A program made the translations under genes and the position numbers. From the NCBI RefSeq assembly GCF_001194135.2, contig NC_068998.1, positions 50,752,001-50,787,495 of the forward strand: DNA of 35,495 nt, read 5' to 3'. The notes beneath the pieces were generated by a model. It did not search any database and was not told the origin of the DNA. It saw only the letters and a program-made list of their open reading frames with translations. This DNA is from Octopus bimaculoides. Lineage: Eukaryota. Positions 10,783-20,726 of this stretch are shown piece after piece (positions within the stretch are counted from its first letter, which is position 1; each line of letters opens with the position of its first letter).

Positions 10783-11310
10783 ATTGTTAAAATCGGTAGA
10801 GCAGAAGATCAAATACTTTGTGCTGTTTATCTTATGTGAGTTTATCTTATGCGTTGCCTTGTGGCTAGGGTGTGGCACTCATGATTGTGCGAAAGTGATT
10901 TCGATTCGCAAACTGGGTGGCATGTTGAGGTCTTGAGGAAAACACTTCTTTCTATGTTACTCTGCGGTCGCTTCAATCTCTGACGTGTGGTACATCGAGC
11001 ACCTATACAAGTTATGTCGATTTGGTGGAGGAAGTAAGTTCTTTTACAGGAAGTGAGTTCTTATACAGGAAGTGAGTTCTTATACAGGCTGTTCAGCAAG
11101 AAATAGCGGAAACTGTCTGTCTCGAAAGACTACTCTTCAAACAAGCAAAACAAAAAGAAAATAATATTATCTTACTTTTGCTCTGCGTTCTGATCTCGAA
11201 TGACACAGAGGCCAGCTTTACTTTCTAGCTTTCCGGTGGGGGTCAATGAAATAACATAGTAGTCGAGTATTGGGTTCAATTTAATATTCTTATATAAAGC
11301 AAGTTAGACG
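10783..11310 (+). mobile_element. Family D SINE split by an inserted second tRNA-headed SINE (about 10855-11120)
   Basis: D head at about 10783-10835 (AAAATCGGTAGAGC..CAAATACTTTG); D body resumes at about 11175 (CTGCGTTCTGATCTCGAA..GGGGTCAATGAAATAA); the insert has its own degenerate A/B boxes. Confidence 0.55.
11030..11088 (+). repeat. 3 x 19-bp tandem repeat (GGAAGTRAGTTCTTWTACA)
   Basis: Units read directly. Confidence 0.92.
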
Positions 11311-11397
11311 TAAATGAAATCGTTACACAAGAATAAGATTGTGAGGAAGAATTAATGAGAATGAAGAGAGAATTAATAGGAATGAAGATATTGTCAC

Positions 11398-11561
11398 GAG
11401 CAGGGCTGTGTGGATTATGAACTTTGATTTGTATCTATGTGGTTTTGGAGTCTGTTCTACTGCACGCCATTTTAGGGGAGGGCCTTTCGCTAGAGTACCG
11501 GGTTGACCAACGGCTTGTGAGTGAATTTGTTGGGAAACGGCAACTGTACAGAAGTCTATAC

Positions 11562-11632
<71 letters not shown>
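11398..11632 (+). mobile_element. Diverged SINE family A, 5' half, ending in (TA)n(TG)n
   Basis: GCAGGGCTGTGTGG..GGCTTGTGAGTGAATTTG..GGAAACGGCAACTG..AGAAG then microsatellite. Confidence 0.75.
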
Positions 11633-11635
<3 letters not shown>

Positions 11636-12590
11636 AATATAATTATTATAATAAGGGCACTAATGAATAACGCCATATGCTGGAAATAGACGCCAAATGG
11701 CTCTAAGAACTACAGTTACTTGCTCTATTCGCACGGGTTGAAATCGAGGAAAGTGAACAAATAAGATTTCTTAAAAGAGGTTTAACTATAGATCGATTTC
11801 TGGTTTTGAGATGTAAAATCTTCTTTCTTTCATCGCTATAGTCTGACCAGTTGTATATAATTATAAACATTTCTACATACCAATAGAAATTTCACGTATC
11901 CATAATCAAATATATAAATATTCACATTTATATACGAACTAAATCTAATTTATCCACTTCAACACTGCAGTGCGCTTATTATAATTATATTTATATAATT
12001 ATATTTATATAATTATATATGCCTGTATTAATTATTACCTACATGGTTTATTACATACTGGCCACTTGATAGGATCTTATAATGATTTTATCCTTGATTA
12101 TCAAATAAATAGATACAAATTGTTCGGACCAGAATATTTACTGCGGTATTATTTCCGGTCGTATATGCATGTGTTGAAGTGGATAAATTAGATTTAGCTC
12201 GTATATAAATGTGAACATTTATATATTTGATTTTGGATACGTAATATTAGTATTAGCATGTATAAATGTTTATGATTATGTACAATTGGTCAGACTGTAC
12301 TGATGAAGGTAAGGAGATTTTACATCTCAAAATCAGAAATCGATTTATAGTTTAAACCAGTTTTAAGAAATTTCATTTATTCACTTTCCTCACTTTCAAT
12401 CCGTGCTAATGGAGCAAATACATGCAGTTCTTATAGCCATTTGGTGTCTATTTCTAGCACGTGGCGTTATTCATTAGTGCCTTTATTATTATAATTATAT
12501 TTATATAATTATATATACTCGTATTAATCATTACCTACATGGTTCATTACATACTGGCCATTTGATAAAATTTCATATAGATTTTCTCCT
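11633..12590. mobile_element. Two head-to-head copies of an AT-rich long-TIR (foldback/MITE-like) element, forming a ~334-bp inverted repeat
   Basis: 11633-11965 is the reverse complement of 12171-12504 (about 85% by eye); about 11969-12095 is directly repeated at about 12475-12590; a third copy lies at 21891-22138. Confidence 0.8.
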
Positions 12591-12750
12591 CAGCCAGAGC
12601 TGAGACAAATCCATCAGCTGCCCAGGCGACACAATTCCAAGTAATCTTCATTGAATGAGAGAGCATTTACAGCAAAAAACCATCGACGACAGACACCGAA
12701 AGCATACAAATGACGCCAGGGATTTTAAGGGAGGAAAACTATTAAATCAC

Positions 12751-12770
12751 CTTTGATTGGCTGTGACGTC
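12751..12770. promoter_or_regulatory. Overlapping TCF-like / CCAAT / CRE-like motifs
   Basis: CTTTGATTGGCTGTGACGTC contains CTTTGAT, ATTGG and TGACGTC. Motif match only. Confidence 0.2.
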
Positions 12771-12779
12771 CGAGGCACT

Positions 12780-13323
12780 GGCGTGATAATGGCGGTGACG
12801 GCGGTGACGGCGGCGGCGGCGGCAGTAGTGGTGGTGGTGGTGGTGGTGGTGGTGGTGGTGGTGGTGGTGGTGGTGAAAGAGATATGAGTAACGGCAGTGA
12901 AAGGATTGATAATAGTTTTGCTGCTGCTGCTGTTGTTTAGCCTCCAGGTCAGCCATGATTGAGTAGACACATTAGTCGATGAAGTTTCTTGTAAACAAAA
13001 TGAAGGTTTTAGTGTTGTTCTTATTGTTTATATCACAGGTTTGTTGTATCAGACCTATACCATAAAACATCATCATCAACATTAACATCAACATCATTAA
13101 CAGCAGCAGCGCCTACACTACCACCACTACCACCACCATCATGATCATCATCTCATTCTCATCATCACCACAGCTACTTAAGAAACGATTCGAACCTGCG
13201 CAACAAATGTTTCCGAGAGTTTATCATGATTACGAAACGCTACTCACCCTTGATTGAACTGGAAGACTCTGGTGGACAAAGGATTGACGTTGTAAGTGTT
13301 CATAGATGATGACGATGATGATC

Positions 13324-13359
<36 letters not shown>

Positions 13360-13590
13360 TCAGAGGCGGCGGTGGTGTTCGCAATGAGTGTGGTTGCGGT
13401 AGGGATGGTGATGATGATGATGATGACATTGACGATTGGTGATGTGGTGGTGGAGTGAGGGCGTCGATGATGATGATGATGATGATGACGATGGTAATGA
13501 TGACGATGATCATGATCATAATGATAACAGTAGTGGTGGTTGTGGGTGGTGGTATTGGTGGTGGTGTTGGTGGTGGTGTTGGTGGTGGTG
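12780..13590. repeat. (GGC/GGT)n, (CAT/CAC)n and (GAT)n trinucleotide tracts
   Basis: Direct reading. Confidence 0.9.
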
Positions 13591-13639
13591 TTGAGTAGGA
13601 AGAGAAAGAAGAAAAGGGGAGAAGGGGTCAGCAGCTGTA

Positions 13640-13900
13640 CCAGGATTTCTTTTCTCTTTTCAAAGAAAATATTTCTCCCAGCGTTCACTATTTTCCTCTC
13701 GTTCTGGTCTAACGACCCTCCATGTTTGTTTTCGTTTGGTTTCCTTGTATGTCTCCACTGTCCTGTTTTTGTTCCCAACTTTGACTCTCCATAAATCCTA
13801 AATTTTATTCGAAATTTCCCCAAGACACCTGATATCAGCCGAAACGTTGTGTTAACAACGAACAAGATGAGGACAAATATCCGTCAATAATGTTAATATA
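13640..13900 (+). mobile_element. Penelope-like terminal-repeat remnant (second family) with an internally deleted hammerhead-like motif
   Basis: ACAC-CTGA-tatcagcc-GAAAC-GTT-GTGT at 13825-13852, followed by AACAACGAACAAGATGAGGACAAATATCCGTCAA. Confidence 0.6.
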
Positions 13901-14384
13901 TAAGCATATCCAGGTTTTGAGTTCAATGCATGACAAAGGTTTGGCACGATGAGATTCTGGTCACGAACTGTCTCATCTTTGTGTTGCACAATCCATTATG
14001 GTTTGAAGCAAGAAGATGATTGAAACAAGAAGATGAGGGGGGGTTTCGATTTTCAAGTAAACGCCAATTTTGTGAGATCTGGAATATTACCAAAAGCTTA
14101 AGTGGTCGGGTGGAAAAACCCGGAAATCATAAAGAAATCAATAAGAAAGCCATCTAGATAAGATGATTCCTGGAATTGAATTTCAAATAATGTTCCATAA
14201 ACATATCAAGTTGCATTGTGTTGTAAGGAATATATTTAGCACGAGGTGACCGATTCATAATTTCTCTGTAGAAGGATATATGTAGTGACCACCACTAACG
14301 AAATACTATTTTTTAAATATTCAACCCTAGTCACAACTTATGAATATCTCTGGCCCCTTGGTGAATGATCCCTGATTCCTCTAC

Positions 14385-14490
14385 AGAATGACCCCCGAAT
14401 GGGTGAAAGGTAAAGTCGACCTCAGCGGAATTTGAACTCAGAACGTCACGATGGGCGTGATACCGTTAAGCATTTCGTCCAGCGCGTCTG
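14385..14490 (-). mobile_element. SINE family D fragment
   Basis: GACCCCCGAATGGGTGAAAGGTAAAGTCGACCTCAGCGGAATTTGAACTCAGAACG is the reverse complement of the D body. Confidence 0.85.
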
Positions 14491-15003
14491 GAGAATCTAA
14501 TCCGAGTTATAACTATACCTGAGAGTAAAGTGACAAACAACAAAACCACTGTGAAACAGTTGTGATAAAATAAGATATCAACTCCACTCAGAGACCGTTC
14601 ATTATCTTCAACTTCCGTTTATTATTAGTACTTTCACAGCATTATACCTCTCTCTCTTCCCAGCCCTCTCTTCCTCACTATTTCTCTCAATCTATCTATC
14701 TATCGATCTGTCTTTCTATCTAGCTTTCTCTTCGCTATTAAAGCCGATAATTATTCCTTCACTTATCTATTTCATACGTTATTGTGTTGGACGTTATATA
14801 AAGCTTCCTATATTTCTGACATATCCCGTGGCACGCATATCCTTCCTTCACCTTCCAACACATATTATTACAACAACAAGTCACATAACCACCGAAACCT
14901 GTCATTTATATATTAAACACAACAAACAAACCCAAAAAATAATGCAACTAGTAATCTATAAGCCGGCCAGACAGAACGAATCTCATGTCACACAAGCATG
15001 ACA

Positions 15004-15116
<113 letters not shown>

Positions 15117-15241
15117 GATTAGAAGGAACGACCTGTCACGTTTTTGACATGATCACTGAGAAGGTACTTCTTCCATGCATACAGTAAGATAAGTATTAAG
15201 TTATATATTCTAACGAAGTTTGTTTCTCTCATTCTTTGCAG

Positions 15242-15352
15242 CTTTATACCACTGGGGTAAAATTCCTATCGATTTTACCTTTTTAAAATGAATTTCAATC
15301 AGACTTCTATCAGCCACAGCAGACTGGATTGGAAAGAGGCCCCTCAAGCAAG
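15242..15352 (+). other. Candidate spliced exon containing a possible start codon (ATG 15288; MNFNQTSISHSRLDWKEAPQA...)
   Basis: Branch-like CTAAC at 15210-15214, pyrimidine tract GTTTGTTTCTCTCATTCTTTGCAG (AG at 15240-15241), donor AAG|GTAACC at 15352/15353, AAAATG context. No homolog recognised. Confidence 0.3.
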
Positions 15353-15458
15353 GTAACCGGTGAGATATGTGCGTTCTAACTACGGAAATGAAGCTTTAAG
15401 AGCCCTGATTAGTTTTTCTTGAAACATTTTTGTCTCCCAGTTTCTCCTCATTCTAGAC

Positions 15459-15748
15459 CAATGGTTGCCAAAGTGGGCGGTGCCGACCCCTAGCGGCGGT
15501 GGAAAGATCCAAGGGGCGTTGAAGAGAAATGGGGCGATAATGGGGTGACCAAAACGGGACAATGGATGTTAAAAAAAGCAAACAAAATAAAGAGCTATTT
15601 AGGTTAAGTTTTAGTTGTGAAATACTATTGTTTTGAATTTCCTGCAGAAAATGGTTTATGTCTATGATGGTGAGTGGGTGGGGGAGGCGCTAGAGATGTA
15701 GCTTTAGAACCAAGGGGGCGGCAGCCTGATAATATTTGGGAACCACTG
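15459..15748. mobile_element. hAT (Charlie-like) MITE, 290 bp
   Basis: TIRs CAATGGTTGCCAAA / TTTGGGAACCACTG (12/14); subterminal GGGGGCGG motifs; left flank TTCTAGAC and right flank TCTAGCAT (decayed NTCTAGAN target). Confidence 0.85.
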
Positions 15749-15755
15749 TCTAGCA

Positions 15756-15884
15756 TCTAGATGACCAAGAGCTGTGAATATCGAAATTCTGGAAGTCAAA
15801 ATTGAAGAAAATTCAATGCAAACAGTTCGAAAATTAGTGAAACAGCTCAATTTTAGTTACATTTCGATCCTAAAACATGTGCAT
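15756..15884 (+). pseudogene. mariner transposase fragment (HTH region)
   Basis: Translates SR*PRAVNIEILEVKIEENSMQTVRKLVKQLNFSYISILKHVH, matching the mariner SGRP..D...L...IE.DP..T.RELA..LNV.H.TV.RHL segment. Confidence 0.7.
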
Positions 15885-15885
15885 G

Positions 15886-16053
15886 TATGTATGCTTGTGT
15901 GTGTAGATACGATGGGCTTCTACCCAGTTTCCGTCTCTCAGATTCACTCGAAATATATAAAGCGGAAACGAACTACCATAGAAGGTGTCTTCCGGGCTAC
16001 CATGCAATGGGATTAAACTCGAAACTGCATCTTTGCGAAGTGAACATTTTAAC
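15886..16053 (-). mobile_element. SINE family A, 5' half
   Basis: GATACGATGGGCTTCTACCCAGTTTCCGTC..GAAGGTGTCTTCCGGGCTACCATGCAATGGGATTAAACTCG is the reverse complement of family A. Confidence 0.75.
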
Positions 16054-16063
16054 TAGTGAACCG

Positions 16064-16373
16064 TTCTTGTACCTGGCTCTCCGTCGGTTGAGACGACGTG
16101 TGTTCCAGTTGATCCAATCAACAGAACAGCCTGCTCGTGAAATTAACTTGCAAGTGGTTGAGACCGCCACAGACACGAGTACCCTTAATGTAGTCCTCGG
16201 AGAGATTGATTGTGACAAGACAAGATCTTTTTGACTTGCAGGTGCAGCTACTTCTTGCCGCTTAAGAGGACTGGAGCAACGCAACGAGAGGACATAAGGT
16301 GCCGCCGGGAATTGAACTCACAATCTTGCGGTTATGAGCCGAATATTCTAACCAGGAGGCCACGCGTCTTCAC
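16064..16373 (-). mobile_element. tRNA-derived SINE, family C
   Basis: Reverse complement begins GTGAAGACGCGTGGCCTCCTGGTTAG..GTGAGTTCAATTCCC and is colinear with 17503-17830. Confidence 0.88.
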
Positions 16374-16839
16374 TGGCAATCTTGAAGTTATAGCTAGATA
16401 TGATAACTACATACGTGTGTGTGTGTCATTCTTAAATAAGAATATCATTACCAGTGACTTCGAAGTCGGGCAAGTTAAACCGTCGTGCGACGATGGCTTT
16501 ACTGGCAGAAACTTCGAAGTTACTGTCAATAATACTCTTGTTTAAGAGTAATAAATTTGAACACTAGAAAAGTATAGAGAAACCCGTCTGATTAATGTAG
16601 AATTGTTTTTATTGCAACTGGACATAAAAACAAACGTTTAAACACGCACACACACAATCACACACAAACACACACACATACACATGCGCGCACACACGCA
16701 CACACAAATACACACACACACACGCACGCACGCAGACACACACACACACAAACACAAGCACACACACACACACACACACTCACACATATGCATAAATGTG
16801 TGCATGTGCGCGCGGCTATATCAATGAATGCATCTTTGT

Positions 16840-16919
16840 GCGTGCGTGAGTCCATGCGTGCGTGAGTCCATGCGTGCGTGAGTCCATGCGTGCGTGAGTC
16901 CATGCGTGCTTGAGTCCAT
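16840..16919. repeat. 5 x 16-bp minisatellite (GCGTGCGTGAGTCCAT)
   Basis: Four perfect units plus one with a single substitution, embedded in a CA/TG microsatellite. Confidence 0.95.
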
Positions 16920-17232
16920 GCGTGCGTGCGGGCGTGTGCATATGTGTGTGTGCGTGTGAGCATATGTATGTGTGCGTGTGTGTAGAGTTCTAACACTTAT
17001 ACTGAGTCGATGACATCTGACGTAAGTGCTAAATGAAGACCGGATTTCACTCTAAATAGTTTCCCGTTGATTTCCCGCTTTCCCAACTCCGATGCTGACA
17101 TCATAATTAAATCTAATCACTTTTCCTTTAATATTAAGTCATATATCAACTGACGCCATCACCTTATACTATGGATACTCTTAGGACCCTCTACTGGATC
17201 GGCTATGTCGTCCAGGTGTCGCTGCTGTTACT

Positions 17233-17493
17233 GTGAATGGCACGTGGTTAGAGTATTCGGTTCACGATAGCAATGTCTCGGGTTCGATTCCTGCCAGTGC
17301 AGTGTATCATTGAACAAGATGCTTTACGTTTCTCCAGTCCATTAGGCTGGCAAAAATTAGTTGTACCTGTAATTCAATAAGGGCCGGCCTTGCCACATCC
17401 TGTGTCACACTGAAAACTACGTTAAGGGTACGCGTATCTGCGGTGTGCTCAACCACGTTAATTTCACGAGTGGTCGTTCCATTGATCGGATCA
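17233..17493 (+). mobile_element. SINE family C, copy 1 of a tandem pair
   Basis: Head TGGCACGTGGTTAGAGTATTCGG..GGGTTCGATTCC; tail TTAAGGGTACGCG..TTAATTTCACGAG..TTGATCGGATCA. Confidence 0.85.
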
Positions 17494-17502
17494 TAAATGC
17501 GA

Positions 17503-17830
17503 GTGAAGATGCGTCGCTTAACGGGTAGGAAATTCGGCTGACGATCGTAAGATCGTGTGTTCGATTCCCGGCGAAGCGATTTGCCCCTGAACAAGACGCT
17601 TTATTTCACGTTGCTCTAGTCCATTCAGCAGGTAAAAATGAATTGTATTTGTATTTCAAAGGGCCAGCCCCTTGTCACATTCTGTATCACACCGAATCTC
17701 CCTGTGAACTGCATTAAGGCTACACGTGTCAGTGGAGTGCTCAGCCACTTGCATGTTAACTTCCCGAGAAGGCTGTCCCGTTGATGAGATCAACTGAAAA
17801 CCTTGTCTTCGCAACCGATGGAGGACCAGT
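17503..17830 (+). mobile_element. SINE family C, copy 2 of a tandem pair
   Basis: Full colinearity with the reverse complement of 16064-16373. Confidence 0.88.
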
Positions 17831-18201
17831 GGTTGCTACTGCTGTTGTTGCTGTTCTGGTGTGTAAAGTTCCAGTCATAGGTGACCCAGAAAATAGACTA
17901 ATCCAGCAATACCAGATTATTGAATGCTGATTCTTTGGTTAAATCGACATCGCCTGAACAGAGGCACGATGTGCCGCATGTCGGTTATCGCAAAGCAACG
18001 CGTAAATGTAGTGCTTTTCTGAAGAATGCAGCGCACCGCCTCGTCCGGATATTGAAACAATAACCACGTGATTATGAGTGCAACGCCCTAGTACTCACCT
18101 ACATGCATACCTGTATATATATTTATATATGTGTATGTGTGTGTGTGTGAGAGAGAGAGAGAGCGTGTGTATGTCTGTGTATGTACGTATATGTGTTCCA
18201 A

Positions 18202-18250
<49 letters not shown>

Positions 18251-18699
18251 TAATAGTTTGTGCCTTTGTGTTTGTAATTGTCATGACAACCACTTCACAT
18301 TGACGTCATGATCTAAGTTCAATTTCTCCCTCTCTCTCTCCTCCAAACACACGCCCGCGCGCACATAACCATCTCTCTCTCTCTCNNNNNNNNNNNNNNN
18401 NNNNNNNNNNNNNNNNNNNNNNNNNNNNNNNNNNNNNNNNNNNNNNNNNNNNNNNNNNNNNNNNNNNNNNNNNNNNNNNNNNNNNNNNNNNNNNNNNNNN
18501 NNNNNNNNNNNNNNNNNNNNNNNNNNNNNNNNNNNNNNNNNNNNNNNNNNNNNNNNNNNNNNNNNNNNNNNNNNNNNNNNNNNNNNNNNNNNNNNNNNNN
18601 NNNNNNNNNNNNNNNNNNNNNNNNNNNNNNNNNNNNNNNNNNNNNNTTAAAAATCTCGTTTATTGATTACAACGAAACCACCCAAAGAGAGGCTCGCAT

Positions 18700-18865
18700 T
18701 ATATGGTAGATCAACCTGCCAGAAATAGCAGCCAAATATTCCACAAATAACGTTTTATCACCTCAAAGATGAAGAGGCCATGGGATAATGTAGTTCTAAA
18801 AAATAAAACGTTTGACAAAGACGAGATGAGCACGGCTGGAACGCCTATGATGATGAGCTGACGAT
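18700..18865 (-). repeat. Unclassified interspersed repeat, family E
   Basis: Shares AGAAATAGCAGCCAAATATT and CACGGCTGGAA with 31390-31560 and 28150-28210 in opposite orientation. Confidence 0.6.
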
Positions 18866-18930
18866 TAACAGTAACAACGATTTGGGCCTCCATTTTCTCT
18901 TATATGCCTTCGGATGGGCTTCTGTAGAAG

Positions 18931-18978
<48 letters not shown>

Positions 18979-18994
18979 CTGTAAATTTAAGGTT

Positions 18995-19410
18995 GCAAGC
19001 TCTGGCAGAATCATTAGCGCGTCGTACAAATTGCTGAACATGGTAGAATCATTAGCTGGCCTGGGCCAAATGCTTAGCGGTATTTCGCCGTTTTTACGTT
19101 CTGAGTTCAAATTCCGCCGAAGTCATCTCTACTCTTTATCCTTTCGGGGTCGAGGAAATAAGTACTATTTACGCATGTGGGGTCGATGTAATCGACTAGC
19201 CTCTTCCCTCAAAGTGTCAGGCTTTGTGCCTATAACGGAGAGGATTATTTCTTCCTTTCAGTTCAATTCCCGCCATGGTCAACTCTGCCCTTTATCCTTT
19301 CGGGGTCGATGAAATAAAGCCCTCGTCAAGTACTAAGGTTGATGCAATCAACATGGCCCTCCCCTCAAAATTGTTGGCCTTCTGCCAATATTAGAAATAA
19401 TTATTACGTA
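18995..19410 (+). mobile_element. Family D SINE with duplicated head and a tandem 5'-truncated second copy
   Basis: AGAATCATTAGC twice; CTTTATCCTTTCGGGGTCGA at about 19134 and 19290; two similar tails. Confidence 0.85.
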
Positions 19411-19699
19411 AGAGTTACATACTACGCTAGTGTGTGTGCGTGCGTATCGGGTTTTACATGTATGTGAAATAACAACTGAATCAATATTCGAGTATGTGTG
19501 TACGTTTGTGTGTTTCGTAAGCATTTGTGTGTTTCGTAAGCATTTGTGAGGATTCAATGCTTATGTGTTCCTATGTGTTTATGTACGAGTGTATATCTGT
19601 GTGCATTTGTGTAAAAAATACATGCAATCTTCATCAACGAATATAAATTGCTGTGGGGCTTTGGAAACTAAGACGTTAAGAAAAGGAAATGGATATTAA

Positions 19700-20030
19700 T
19701 ATGACAAAGATATTGCTTTCACAGGAGCGTATAGGTTTGATAATACATGCTGTACAGACAATGATGTTAATTTGAAAAAAGTTTTTACGTTGTCAACAAT
19801 ACTGCCTTGTCAATAATTTTGCTTTAAGGAAAATAGTTCGTACAAAGATGTAACTTTATTAAAAATATTGCATTGAAAACGATTCTGTCTTGTCAATGAC
19901 GTTGCTTTCAGAAAGATGGCATTTGCCATATTAAAGAAAGACGTATTTGGAAAGATATTACTTCGACCGTGGTATTGTCTTGTCAATGACGCTGCTTTAA
20001 GAAAAATGGTATTCAGAGCAGGATGTTGGT
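19700..20030. repeat. Degenerate ~83-90-bp tandem repeat
   Basis: CTTGTCAAT..GCTTT.AG.AA.AT.G at 19806, 19889 and 19979, with weaker copies upstream. Confidence 0.65.
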
Positions 20031-20319
20031 TTGACAAAAATATCAGCTTGATCGGTTTAAGAAGAATGGGGGTTTTGTAATGATTGATCGTGATTTCACT
20101 AGGAATGTGACTTTTAGTGAATGAGTTTGTTTTCAGAACGAAATTGATTTAAAGACGATCGATTTTGTGACGATGATGTTGTTTGAGCGGGAAGTCGTTC
20201 TGTCGATGATGTCCATTGTTAAGGAAGCTACGTTGTCAATAACAACAAATTGACAAACACGTTGAGTTTTGACGGAAATGTCGTTTGGTGTGAACGCTTC
20301 TTGGACAAGGATGTGGCAC

Positions 20320-20502
20320 AGGTGTGAGTGTGAGGTAAGAAGCGTGTTCCTCAACCACCTGGTTCCGGGTTCAGTTCCACTACGCGGCACTTTGGGAAAA
20401 TGTCTTCTGCTGTAGCCTCGGACCGATCAAAGCCTTGTAAGTTGTTTTAGTTGACGGAAACTGGAAGAAGCACGTTGTGTGTATATAATATATATATACA
20501 CA
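20320..20502 (+). mobile_element. SINE family A, 5' half, ending in (TA)n and a gap
   Basis: GGTAAGAAGCGTGTTCCTCAACCACCTGGTTCCGGGTTCAGTTCC..GACGGAAACTGGAAGAAGC. Confidence 0.88.
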
Positions 20503-20688
20503 NNNNNNNNNNNNNNNNNNNNNNNNNNNNNNNNNNNNNNNNNNNNNNNNNNNNNNNNNNNNNNNNNNNNNNNNNNNNNNNNNNNNNNNNNNNNNNNNNN
20601 NNNNNNNNNNNNNNNNNNNNNNNNNNNNNNNNNNNNNNNNNNNNNNNNNNNNNNNNNNNNNNNNNNNNNNNNNNATATATATATATAC

Positions 20689-20726
<38 letters not shown>

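Noticed and set aside
13915-14040. Possible mariner WVPHEL-region remnant (LAR*..HELS)
   Set aside because: It needs several indels and has no supporting downstream motif; too weak to list.
16840-16919. Short tandem arrays (also 11030, 4503, 5693) as CRISPR arrays
   Set aside because: There are no unique spacers and no cas genes, and the context is eukaryotic.
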